A stretch of 32,013 bases of DNA from an uncultured Thermoplasmata archaeon (GTDB taxonomy: Archaea; Thermoplasmatota; Penumbrarchaeia; JAEHCK01; CBDVCJ01). The stretch lies in contig CBDVCJ010000003.1 in NCBI GenBank assembly GCA_965372445.1, forward strand, positions 1 through 32,013. Direction: 5' to 3'. Position 1 is the first letter of the stretch. Each line of letters opens with the position of its first letter. Positions 19,901 through 29,800 of this stretch are shown piece by piece. The notes under the pieces were generated by a model. The model saw nothing but the letters and a program-made list of their open reading frames with translations. It made no database searches and was not told the DNA's origin. A program made the translations under genes and the position numbers.

Positions 19901-20886
19901 TCGTAAGCGAGGGTGCAAGCTATCAATTTTCAACTGAGCTGCTCGAAGGCGTTTGGAATTATTATTTTGAATGTGATGATATGGCGAGTGAGCTTAATAG
20001 CAAAAATTCTACGAGTACTTATTCGCTCACGGTTACTGGAGAAGGTGAGGAGCCTCCGGTCTCAAATGACACTGATGATGACGGCATGCCGGATTGGTAC
20101 GAAGATTATTATGGGTTTGACAAGAACGACCCGTCCGATGCAGCTTTGGATTCGGATGGCGATCAGTTTACCAACCTTCAAGAGTACCTAGGTAAAGATG
20201 GCAAGCCAGGTGGGAATGACCATACCAACCCGAATAATCCCACCGATTATCCAAAGGAAATAACTGGTGGCGAGGATGGTGACGGTGGCGATAAAGAAAC
20301 AGATGATCTCGGGTTCTGGCTGGCGATCGGGATCGTTATTATCGTAATTGTGATCGTATTAATTATTGTAGCTGTTCTGGTGATGAAACGCCGCAAAGCG
20401 CCTGAGCCTTACCCGTACCCCCCTCAGCAGCCGCCCGCCCAGCCAATAGAAGAGCTGCCACTGATCGCGGCACCGGTCGCACCAGCGGTTGCAACAGAAG
20501 CCCAGCCTCAGCCTGCAGAATATTATCCCCCTCCAGCACCCGAACAACAACAAGTTCCTCTCGAAACTTACGAGCAGCCTTATGACACTCCCGTCACGAC
20601 CGACCAGGGCCAGCCATATGAATATGCTGAACCGCCGCCAACGGCCCCCCAGGAACAGCCCTTAGAAGATATACCACAACCAGCCCCGCAGGAACCGGAA
20701 CCCGTACCGGCGGCGCAACCGCTCATGGGTGAAGCTCTACCTTTAGAAACTATAGGGGACAATGGGGCTGCGGCGCCCATGCCCACTGAAGAAACACCTG
20801 CGCCGCCGCCGGCCGCCGAACCCCAGGCCACCGAGCAGCCGCAGAGTCCCAAACCTGCATCTGCAGAAGATGAGAATGTTATTTAA
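16909..20886 (+). CDS. Surface protein P3: FG-GAP/VCBS-type propeller with the same stalk as P1/P2
   Basis: GGAGG SD at 16895-16899. DxDxDG-type repeats (GNFNGDSYVD, GDADNDGNIE, ADMNKDGRID, GDVNNDTHMD, ADFDKDTDLD, ADFDNDGDLD). The stalk, DTDDDGMPDWYE motif, TM and long P/Q/E tail follow. Confidence 0.85.
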   Translation: MSKSTSVKITTITISILIILGIATSVFGTLASPSTRGTPRSLEFLDASTGLPSGDYNFVAFGNFNGDSYVDMAFGGEDYGGTANTQGLYAYTGNGGTSWTSASTGLPGPGTDTFGGLGFGDADNDGNIELFAAYEGAWGSASPNGVGAWEYSGGTWSTLGITSPHTSGNVDNIVFMNITGNSGFDLLVTNGGSGLKYYEGSGSSPVSWTEYSTGLETSYEYTAATAADMNKDGRIDIIAGTYNNQGVKFYTQDAGGTSWTLQSGGGIPTSGTLLGVTVGDVNNDTHMDIVYGTHGGMYIKLGNSGGGTGTNFVWTTPTLASEGLPASARSNRFCQIQLADFDKDTDLDLLGPKADGTGGLHLYTGNGSANPGTNLAWTEVIGSGLATSGIYYGSNYADFDNDGDLDIGGAAWGNGGANAWLNNLSLAPPTVVSVSPMNGAVDVPITTEIVANFSKAMLPSSITTSTFILKDSTLNTVAGQIFYNTTAKSATFTPDNDLKLGETYEVTLLSTIQDLFSTFLDGNGNGTLEGSPIDDYVWTFTTSWNVPPSLTNMNVTPAVGDLSTEFEYSVIYWDSNNDTPELGAAYLNVHIDAELVGRAMNLNTTTLSYLRDGNFSNGEQYIYQTTLPSYGLHNYTFACFDGIDMNDTAIFDNPLVLAKPVIAPINDLMAFEDIDLILDLTDIIHDDDTNKNDLEITINSSYADLVDLNITFNYPNEFNYPSGRNYEIVAINVSDTVFEVNRDVKVNVVAVNDAPQISGLSNIPVNEDQQYVLDVSTQVSDIDNAHDELTISTNSSYALVTGKNITFYYPVDSGILYEYVKIEVDDGDLAAHQNITVTVIPEGVLFVLLPIPDKYTFEDTDLVVDMEDYLTPGDGVSINDLVLEINSSYGVVSGTELIFNYPNSFNYPSGRSFESVEVNVSLPDQAWKSTSFKINVQPVNDAPYLTNADVSPDTGDENTQFTFSVNYIDIDGSENQVVNVVIDDSSYAMTYITGNKNLVSEGASYQFSTELLEGVWNYYFECDDMASELNSKNSTSTYSLTVTGEGEEPPVSNDTDDDGMPDWYEDYYGFDKNDPSDAALDSDGDQFTNLQEYLGKDGKPGGNDHTNPNNPTDYPKEITGGEDGDGGDKETDDLGFWLAIGIVIIVIVIVLIIVAVLVMKRRKAPEPYPYPPQQPPAQPIEELPLIAAPVAPAVATEAQPQPAEYYPPPAPEQQQVPLETYEQPYDTPVTTDQGQPYEYAEPPPTAPQEQPLEDIPQPAPQEPEPVPAAQPLMGEALPLETIGDNGAAAPMPTEETPAPPPAAEPQATEQPQSPKPASAEDENVI

Positions 20887-20921
20887 TATTAAGAGTTCAA
20901 TATATCCAAGAGGTATCCTAA

Positions 20922-23900
20922 ATGAAGATCTTAAAATTATTGCCAGTAATAATAATTATTGGATTACTTAACCTTAGTTTTATATACAGTGCTTTCGCAG
21001 ATCATCCCTTTTCAGAGAGTGCGGACAATATAAATGAAACTAATATTAATCTAGAACCTCAATTAACACTTGAAATGGTGAACGACCAAAAAATTGAAGC
21101 TATTTCAGGTGGACCCGAACCACTAACTATAGATTGGCCGATGTTTCTCTTTAATGCAAGTCACGCTGGATATACATCATCAATGGCCCCGACCACGAAC
21201 AACACCTTATGGAGTTCTGTAACTAGTATTGGTGGTAATGGCTATTCATCACCTGTAGCGGCAAATGGCAGTATATTTGTGAATGGTGCTGGTAAACTAT
21301 ATCGGTTATATAATAATAATGGCACCGAGATCTGGCAGAAATCGATCGGGTCCGCAGGTCAACAATGTTCAGTGCCTGCGGTGGTAGGTGACAAAGTATA
21401 TGTCGTTGGGACCCAATTATATTGTTTTTATGAAAGCAACGGCACCGAAGTCTGGAAACAGCCGTTATCAGGCGGTGGCAAAGGCACCTCCTCGCCAACC
21501 GTTGCCGAGGGTAAAGTATTCGTCAATACCCAAACACTCTATTGTTTTTATGCAAATAATGGCACCAGCATTTGGAGTAAAGCAGTTGGTGGCAGTGGTT
21601 ACGGTACGACACCCGCAGTTGCGGATGGTAAAATATATGTTAATGGCGTGAATCTGTATTGTCTCTATACGAGTAATGGTACTGAGATCTGGAATGCGGC
21701 TGGAGGGGAGTCCGCATCACCTGTGATCGCTGAAGGCCGGGTATTTATTAATCCAACCCAACTTTATTGTTATTATGCAAATAACGGCAGCCAAATTTGG
21801 AGCAAAGCGTTTGGCGGTGACACGTTTTCATCACCGGCTTTTGCTAATGGTAAAGTGATTGTTAATGATAATTCAAATGTGTTTTGTTTATATGCGAGCA
21901 ATGGCACACAAGTCTGGACAAGATCAATTGCGGGCTCGGGGTGTTCAACCCCGGCAATTGCGATCAATAGTAAAGTTTTGGTTAATGGTGGTGAGTATAC
22001 ATATTGTCTAAATGAAACCAACGGCGGTGTGATCTGGCAATATATGATGGGTGGTGATGGTTGGTCCTCACCGGCAATAGCGTATAACAGGGTATATGTA
22101 AATCAAAAAACAATATATTGTTTCGGGATACCAGACAATATTTTACCGACCATCCAATCCATATACCCACCCCAAGATGCAATGAATGTATCAGTAGAAA
22201 CCAATATAACAATAGTTTTTAATGATGCAATGAACCAACAATCTACGGAAGGTGCATTTTCGATCACCCCTAATGTTGCAGGGATGTTTAATTGGCCGGA
22301 TAGCCAGACCTTGAGTTTCGACCCTGACGGACAATTAGCAGACGAAACCGAGTATATCCTAAAAGTTAATACAAACGCGAAAGACCTCTCTGATAATCCA
22401 TTAGATGGCAATGGAAATGGCATTGCGGATAGCCCGTCAACGTTAGATGATTTCGGCTGGAATTTTACCACCCGCGAAACTGCGCCGCCTCGAGTGGTAA
22501 CAACAATTCCCAAAAATAACGATGAAAATGTTAGCTTGGACTCGAAGATCACTGTCATATTCAACGAACAAATGAACCAGACCACCGCCGAGCAAGCATT
22601 TTATATAACACCCGTCACTGCCGGCAGTTTTAGCTGGCTGGCCAATAATTTAACATTTCAACCAATGTCACTACTATTACCGGATACAGTTTATTCATTA
22701 GCCATAAATTCCACAGCTGGCGATCTCATCGGCAATCTCCTGGACGGCGATAAGAATGGCGTGCCCGAAGGCTCGCCGCTCGATGATTATAAATGGGTGT
22801 TCACGACCTTGGAATTAACACCGCCCCAGATCACTTCGGTCAACCCTGCCGACCAAGCCCAGGATGTGCTGATCAATGCCGAGCTCCAGGTAAATTTTAA
22901 TGAACCCATGAACCAGACCGCAGTCGAGCTTGCATTTGCGATCTCGCCTAATGTTGCGGGGATATTCACATCTTCGAATGGTGGCGCGACCCTAACCTTC
23001 TCACCTGAGACTACTTTGGAGGAGGGTACAAAATATACCGTTAATATAACTTCGATTGCTACGGATCTGGTTGGAAATTTAATGGATGGCAATGCTAATG
23101 GTCTTGCAGAAGGTTCGCCGGTTGACGATTACAGCTGGAGTTTCAATACAAGTATACTACCGGATGACATCCCCCCGCAAGTCAGCAATACATATCCAGC
23201 CAACAATGACATCGACATAAATATTAGTTCCAAGATCAATGTAACGTTTGATGAAGAAATGAACCTAGGTATGACCGAGTCCGGGTTTCTTATTATACCG
23301 TCCGTAGATGGCGCATTTAGTTGGGACCTAAATGGTCAGGAGTTAACGTTTACACCTACCTCTAAATTGGAATATGATACCGAATATTCAGTTTTGATTC
23401 GAGGCAACCTAGCGCGGGATCTAGCTGGCAATACCTTGGACGGTAACCGCAATACAATCTCAGATGGCACGCCAACAGATGATTTTAACTGGAGGTTCAC
23501 AACCGAATCCGAGCCAGTTGTTGAGGTAAATTATCCTAAGATCGTAGCGGTTATACCTATTGAGGATGCAACTGAAGTCGAAGTTAGAGTAAATATTGAG
23601 GTCACCTTCAATAAGATCATGGATATGGCGGCTACCCAATTTGCGTTTATTATTACACCTTCGGTTACCGGTGCTTTTGATTGGGATAATAACAAGATGA
23701 CCTATGACCCCAATCTTGATCTTGGGTATGAAACAACTTATACGATCCAGATCGATACATCGGCAACCGATGCGGATGGCAATCCACTGGATGGCAATGA
23801 TAATAATGTCTCCGAGGGCTCGCCGTTCGACGATTATATCTGGGCATTTACAACGCGATCAGATCCGGATAAAAAACAATATGATCTCGATATTACAGGT

Positions 23901-24551
23901 GTTACTGAGATCAACATTAACTTAGGAGGGAATAAGAACTACCCGATAACGATCACCAATATTGGTTTATCCGAAGATGTGGTGATACCTGGGTTGGAGG
24001 CCGGGGCGTTGAGCAGTTATATCCAGATATCCGAGACGACCTCGCGCACGCTTGAACCGACCGCCTCGTGGGCGATCAACCTGGAGCTTGAAATACCCGT
24101 AACTGCAGTGGCAGGCCAGTATAATATCACGATCGAAGCCACCTCTCAAGGCGGGGGCTTCACCATCGAACACCCGATACAAGTAAATATATTATCTTTG
24201 GTTGAACCTGATGAGGACGGGTCAAAAAGTACGGATGATGAGGCGTTAGGGTCTATAATTATATTTGGTATGATTTTTATAATTATTATCATAATTGTTA
24301 TTATAATAGTTATAGTATTATTATTACGTAAACGTAAAAAGACGGATCATGGACCGCCACCCGCCTACCCACCCCAACCGGGGGCAGGTGCACCGCCCCC
24401 AGCCCAAGCACGACCTCTACAGCCTGCAGGCCAGGAGCAGCACCAATATCCGCAACGACCACCAGCACCTATGGCCCCGCCGGTTATAACAGGACAAGTA
24501 GCAGTACAACCAACAGGACAGGTCGCATGGGATGAAGATCAAGAGGAATAA
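20922..24551 (+). CDS. Surface protein P4: compact PQQ-like propeller, five Big_5-like domains, one further Ig-like domain, TM, Pro-rich tail
   Basis: GAGGT SD at 20910-20914. Eight short blades. Five repeats of P.I/V....P......V......I.V.FN..M.....E.AF.I.P...G.F.W...LDG.....DD..W.FTT. Ile-rich TM followed by RKRKK. Confidence 0.85.
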   Translation: MKILKLLPVIIIIGLLNLSFIYSAFADHPFSESADNINETNINLEPQLTLEMVNDQKIEAISGGPEPLTIDWPMFLFNASHAGYTSSMAPTTNNTLWSSVTSIGGNGYSSPVAANGSIFVNGAGKLYRLYNNNGTEIWQKSIGSAGQQCSVPAVVGDKVYVVGTQLYCFYESNGTEVWKQPLSGGGKGTSSPTVAEGKVFVNTQTLYCFYANNGTSIWSKAVGGSGYGTTPAVADGKIYVNGVNLYCLYTSNGTEIWNAAGGESASPVIAEGRVFINPTQLYCYYANNGSQIWSKAFGGDTFSSPAFANGKVIVNDNSNVFCLYASNGTQVWTRSIAGSGCSTPAIAINSKVLVNGGEYTYCLNETNGGVIWQYMMGGDGWSSPAIAYNRVYVNQKTIYCFGIPDNILPTIQSIYPPQDAMNVSVETNITIVFNDAMNQQSTEGAFSITPNVAGMFNWPDSQTLSFDPDGQLADETEYILKVNTNAKDLSDNPLDGNGNGIADSPSTLDDFGWNFTTRETAPPRVVTTIPKNNDENVSLDSKITVIFNEQMNQTTAEQAFYITPVTAGSFSWLANNLTFQPMSLLLPDTVYSLAINSTAGDLIGNLLDGDKNGVPEGSPLDDYKWVFTTLELTPPQITSVNPADQAQDVLINAELQVNFNEPMNQTAVELAFAISPNVAGIFTSSNGGATLTFSPETTLEEGTKYTVNITSIATDLVGNLMDGNANGLAEGSPVDDYSWSFNTSILPDDIPPQVSNTYPANNDIDINISSKINVTFDEEMNLGMTESGFLIIPSVDGAFSWDLNGQELTFTPTSKLEYDTEYSVLIRGNLARDLAGNTLDGNRNTISDGTPTDDFNWRFTTESEPVVEVNYPKIVAVIPIEDATEVEVRVNIEVTFNKIMDMAATQFAFIITPSVTGAFDWDNNKMTYDPNLDLGYETTYTIQIDTSATDADGNPLDGNDNNVSEGSPFDDYIWAFTTRSDPDKKQYDLDITGVTEININLGGNKNYPITITNIGLSEDVVIPGLEAGALSSYIQISETTSRTLEPTASWAINLELEIPVTAVAGQYNITIEATSQGGGFTIEHPIQVNILSLVEPDEDGSKSTDDEALGSIIIFGMIFIIIIIIVIIIVIVLLLRKRKKTDHGPPPAYPPQPGAGAPPPAQARPLQPAGQEQHQYPQRPPAPMAPPVITGQVAVQPTGQVAWDEDQEE

Positions 24552-24643
24552 GATCGATTTTTTGATATTAGATCCTGTATCATATCTGAATTTATATTAG
24601 TTTAACCGGGAATTGAGAGCATCGGGATTCCGAAAATAAAAAA

Positions 24644-24691
24644 TTTACCGCAGAAGCACAGAAATGTTACATTCTGCGTCTCTGCGGTAAA
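24644..24691. repeat. Periodic (CGCAGA)-type inverted repeat
   Basis: TTTACCGCAGAAGCACAGAAATG against CATTCTGCGTCTCTGCGGTAAA. The outer 11 bp are perfect. Confidence 0.75.
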
Positions 24692-24801
24692 AAAAGGAGG
24701 ATTTTATACTTTATTTACTATGAAAAATCGTTATTCAAATAGAAAAAGTATTAACCTTATTGAATATTATCTACTATAATAAATCGCCCCCTGGTGTAAT
24801 T

Positions 24802-26508
24802 ATGAGAGGTAACTTCAGTTTTAGGCTCATTTTTAGTTTATTGATAATTTTAATGATCGGTTTCAATTCCATTAGCGTCAATTCGAACTTGAGCACCGAT
24901 AAAGCTCAGACCCGCCAGTCCAACCAGATCGCCCCAATGTTCCGGGGAGGTCCGGAGCGGTTAGGGGTATATGAAACTAAATCGCCGGATTATGGTATAT
25001 TGATCTGGAATTACACGACTGGAAATCAAGTCCAGTCCTCGGCGATCTTATATGAGAATAGGATCTATTTTGGCTCTGATGATGGCAATATCTACTGTCT
25101 GAACGCCGAGAGCGGCAAAAAACTCTGGAATTATACTGCCCAAAACCTGGTTCAGTCCACGCCCTGTATTTTCGAGGGGCGACTTTACATTGGCGCGTCG
25201 GATTTCGGGGTTTACTGTCTGGATGCAATTACAGGCGAATTTATTTGGAAATTTAAGGCTAATGGTCCTATAGTATCCTCGCCATTGGTAGTTAACAACA
25301 CCGTGGTCGTTGGGTCTTTTGACAATTACATTTATGCTATCAACGCGCTCAACGGCAGTTTAAAATGGAAATATGAGACCGGGTTTGAGATCTGGGCTAG
25401 CCCTGCATATGCAGACGAAAGCATCTATATCGGTTCTTTGGATGGCTATTTCTATTCTTTATGGCTTGAAAACGGTACTGAACGCTGGAATTTTACGACA
25501 ATTACAGATAGATGGGAAAAAGGCATCTATTCTACATGTGCGATATTGGGCGACAAATTATTTTTCGGGAGTGAAGATTATAATGTATACGGTCTAAATA
25601 TCACAAATGGCGATATGATCTGGTATTATGAAACTGAGGGTTATGTTTATTCCTCACCTTCAATAAATGATGGGGTGTTATTTATCGCTGGGTTAGGGTT
25701 GCGGCCGAACGGCGAACTTTCTGCAATTCCCATTGTGGATCCAAATGGCAACGGCATTATCGAGCCTGGGGAAGTCATATGGATCGAAAGAATTAATGAT
25801 ATTGATGGCGGTTCTTCACCTATTGTTGTGGATGGAAAAGTAATTGTAGGGTCGAACGAGGGCGATGTTGGGGATGATGGAAAGGTATATTGTTTTGATG
25901 AAGTTACTGGTGTAGAGCGCTGGAATTTTACAATCGCGGGCGATATTCATTCCTCGCCATTAGCTAGTTTTAATAAGATCTTTATTGGGTCTTTAGATAA
26001 TAATATGTATTGTATCGGCTCGACCGACAATCCATTGATGGTGATCCAAAGCCACCATTCATTGGAGGGTAATACACTTGAAGCCGGCAAAACGATCGAT
26101 ATTGTCTTCACCGCCATTTCAGAGGGCCGGCCCGTCGGGAGTGCATGGTTCAACTTTGGGACCACAGGCGGCGAGCTTTCGGCGACTTATGGCACCGCAC
26201 TTGCGGACGGGGTGTTTAAGATCAGTTTTACCGCGCCTTTGGTCACCCAGAACACAACAGTAACGATCAGTGCCAAGGCCGTCAAAGTGGGTTACGAAAA
26301 TGGCACCCATGAATTCGATCTATTTATAGAGCCATTGAAAAAAGGTGATTCGGAGAAGAGTGATATTGAAGAATTTATTGAAGGTCTGTTCGAGCAACGG
26401 AATCAAGGGTATTGTCTGGTGCTGATCATTTTGGTTGTGATCAACATAATAATATTTGTACTGATCATTCGTAAGCGCCGGAAAAATAGTGATGATAATA
26501 AGAAATGA
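24802..26508 (+). CDS. Surface protein P5: PQQ/BamB-like propeller, one Ig-like domain, C-terminal TM
   Basis: MFRGGPERLG lead-in and eight SSP....VxxGSxD..xY blades. TM CLVLIILVVINIIIFVLII followed by RKRRK. Start moved from TTG 24760 to ATG 24802 (GGTG at 24793-24796, signal-like sequence follows). Confidence 0.8.
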   Translation: MRGNFSFRLIFSLLIILMIGFNSISVNSNLSTDKAQTRQSNQIAPMFRGGPERLGVYETKSPDYGILIWNYTTGNQVQSSAILYENRIYFGSDDGNIYCLNAESGKKLWNYTAQNLVQSTPCIFEGRLYIGASDFGVYCLDAITGEFIWKFKANGPIVSSPLVVNNTVVVGSFDNYIYAINALNGSLKWKYETGFEIWASPAYADESIYIGSLDGYFYSLWLENGTERWNFTTITDRWEKGIYSTCAILGDKLFFGSEDYNVYGLNITNGDMIWYYETEGYVYSSPSINDGVLFIAGLGLRPNGELSAIPIVDPNGNGIIEPGEVIWIERINDIDGGSSPIVVDGKVIVGSNEGDVGDDGKVYCFDEVTGVERWNFTIAGDIHSSPLASFNKIFIGSLDNNMYCIGSTDNPLMVIQSHHSLEGNTLEAGKTIDIVFTAISEGRPVGSAWFNFGTTGGELSATYGTALADGVFKISFTAPLVTQNTTVTISAKAVKVGYENGTHEFDLFIEPLKKGDSEKSDIEEFIEGLFEQRNQGYCLVLIILVVINIIIFVLIIRKRRKNSDDNKK

Positions 26509-26814
26509 TAGCTGGATGCATCACCCATTTTAATGAATTGGTATAACATTAAAATATCTTCAATAATTAAGGCCACCATCCTTTATTTACAGTATAAAGG
26601 TCACAATAATACACATGAACAGCAATGCTTTATAAATGACCAACTATAATATTGCCTTAAAACAAGTGTGGGTAAATTTATCAATAGAATTAATTGGAAT
26701 ATTTGCATTTTATATTATAATACTTGAATGTTCGATAAATATTCCAAAAACTATATTTACCCTATAGCAGATAAAGGTAGAAATTGCTATATATATATGT
26801 AAGAAGGTGAGGTT

Positions 26815-29800
26815 ATGAGTAAAATCTTGGCTAATAGAAGTTTTGCGATATTGATTGTATTTTGTTTGTTAATTAGTGCACTAGCAATAAGTTCAATAAT
26901 AAATGCATACACACTCACAGAATTCAAGGATGGCAGTACCAGTTTAACTGCGACATTACCAGGTCCGGTTTCAATGGAGATCCAGGTACCAGCGGATGCG
27001 AATGTTACGACCGCGCAATTAGATGTATCAACAGTGCAATATGGAAATAAATATCCGAGAAATCCCGAATTGCGAATTACCGATATTTCGGATCCGGTAG
27101 TATGGGCGTATAAAGCGGTTGGCTACGGCGATCTTGGCCATCAGATATATTTCAATAATAGTGTAGCGACCAAGGAGATGGAATATCGACCGTCCACAAT
27201 AGACAGAACCACAGGCATCTATCTTCCGAAAGGGGCTACTATCAAAAGTGCAAGATTGAATTTAACGGCCATTGAATATGATTACTGGGAGCCGGGCGTG
27301 ATCCAGTTGAACCCCGCAGATTGGGGCAATAACCCGCCGTCGGATATGGACCCGCATTTGGCGGTTTGGGATGGCAAATTGATCTGTTTTTATAGAAGCT
27401 ATAACTGGGATGTAACGAACCAGACCGATGGTGATCTGGTGCTAAATTACTCCACAGACGGTGTGAATTGGTTACCGGCGCCGCGAGAGATTTCGAAGCA
27501 CCCCGATACTGAGATACCATACCTTGGCGGTTTAAGATGCGGTGATTATCATCCCGCAGCGGTAGTAAAAGGAAATGACCTATGGGTGACATGGGCATCA
27601 CAGAGTGATTATACCAACCAAATTGGGTTTGGTAATTTTGCTGGGATAACGGATGGTATTGACCGTGATATTGTCATAAGAAAGATCAACAATTTGAATA
27701 ATCCTACAACACCCTTTACCGAGATCACCCACCCGACCTTAAATGCGGCCGAGGATACCTATTCCAATAATGACGACACCTTTTTATTGGCGAAGGATGA
27801 CCGAAGAGCACAGATAACGGAATTCACAGTTGATAATAAGCTTTATGTCACCTGGATAGCAAATAATACTGGTAATGAAACCTTCACGGGTAATGACCTA
27901 CGGATCGGTGACATTATGGTGTCCAGCAGCTCAGATGGCCTGACCTGGTCGCCAGGTATTAACCTCTGTGCCGGTGATCCATGGTATGCGGTCGATTATT
28001 GGACACAGATCGTGGAGTTTAAAAATAAATTATATGTAATGTGGGTTACCAACGACACCACCAAAACCAATGGAACGGATTGGGATATCGTTTATAGGTC
28101 TTCCAGCGATGGTACAAATTGGGGCCCTTATACTGAGTTGACGCCAATAGATGACGGAGATTGGTCGGATGACGACTGTCAATTGGTTGTCTATAACGGC
28201 GAGCTTTACACGATCTGGCGTACTCGAAATGACCAGATCGCCCAGGGCCCGGATTTCGATATCGTCATGCGCAGCACCTCCAATGGCAACACTTGGGGCC
28301 CAATTTCGGAAGTTGGGTATGTATGGAACGGTGCCTTTGATAATAAACCAGATCCGATCGTATTCGATAATGAACTTTATGTGTTATGGCGAACCGAGAT
28401 GGGTGGTGAGGGCGATTTCTTTGTTAGAAGTTACCATGATGGCGACTGGACCGAGCAGCAGCAATTGAATCCACGTAAAGGCAATGGCGATAATTTTTAT
28501 ATTACCGCCGCGGTATTTAAAAACAAATTATATGCCGCTTGGGTAACCGAGGATGATGAGCTCACCGAAGATGACGATTATGATGTCGTCATCAGAAGCA
28601 TGACACCTTCGAATTTACCGTTACTCGTGAAACTTGATATCGGGGCAGATGGCGGTACCTACGATTATAATAGCGGCTTAACCACAACAACAGTGACCTT
28701 GGATATCAAGAGCAAGCTCCAAGAGTTAGTAGATAACCCACCTTCGAGCGTCTATCAATTCACCGATCAATATGGTAATGAAATGGTCAATATTTCACTA
28801 CCACTTGATATCACAGGCCCGGGCAAAGTCAAATTCAACGGGCTCGACATTGTATATGACGCTACCCTTACAACCAGAAATTTCAATGACCATGTAAATG
28901 AATATTTGAAGAACCGCCAGGAAACTGCGGTTGACGGGCAGATCACAGTGCCGATGACCATAAGCGCTCAAAACGATGCGAAACTCAAGCTTTCCAACCT
29001 CGAGGTGACCTACAGCATCAAGCCAACGATCACATTGCTCACACCGCCTGCGGGTAATGATGAAGCTTTGAATAATCAATATTTTATAAATTGGACTGAT
29101 TATGACCCTGATACAGACGCAATGATCTCGCTATATTATGACGATGATAAAAAGAATTATGATGGTGTACTTATTGCTAAAGATATAAGTGAAGACAGTT
29201 CAAACGATTATTATCACTGGACTTGGAACGCCTCAAGTATGGTAAAAGGCAATTATTATGTATATGCTATTATAAACGACGGCTCCGATACAATGCGTAA
29301 ATATAGCACGGGGTATGTCTTTATTGACCCCAAGTTAAGGCAACCACCCTCAATTGGTCTGACTTATCCCAAATATAAAGATGAACTGGCGTGGAAATCC
29401 TATGAAATTAAATGGAATGACGAAGATGGAGATGACAATGCGAAGATCACATTGTGGTATAATACGCTTCCTTTGGGAGATGATTGGTTACAGATCGATA
29501 CTAATGGTGATGACATAATAGACACCGACGATTTTATTTATGAAGACCCGGATGGTGATTCTGATAGTTACACTTGGGACATTTCAGGTTTCCCTGAAGG
29601 CAATAAATATATTGTACGCGCAGAAATTGACGATGGATATCATCCCGTTTTCCCCGATGACTGTCCCGGCAACATACTCATAACCCAGATACCGGAGCCC
29701 ATTAATATATCAATAGTTGGTGGCAACAAGATCAGCCCAGATAAATATGAAACTCACGACCTGTTCCCGCAGTTAGAATGGGAAAAACCCGATATCCCAC

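Noticed and set aside
9095-20886. Diversity-generating retroelement or invertible shufflon acting on the paralogs
   Set aside because: No reverse transcriptase or recombinase in the window. The paralog DNA I compared differs at synonymous sites, not specifically at adenines, and all genes share one orientation.
9095-26508. PQQ-dependent dehydrogenase or true BamB annotation for P1, P2, P4, P5
   Set aside because: Only the propeller repeat is evident. There are no dehydrogenase insertions or recognisable catalytic motifs, no lipoprotein Cys, and all have a C-terminal TM anchor.
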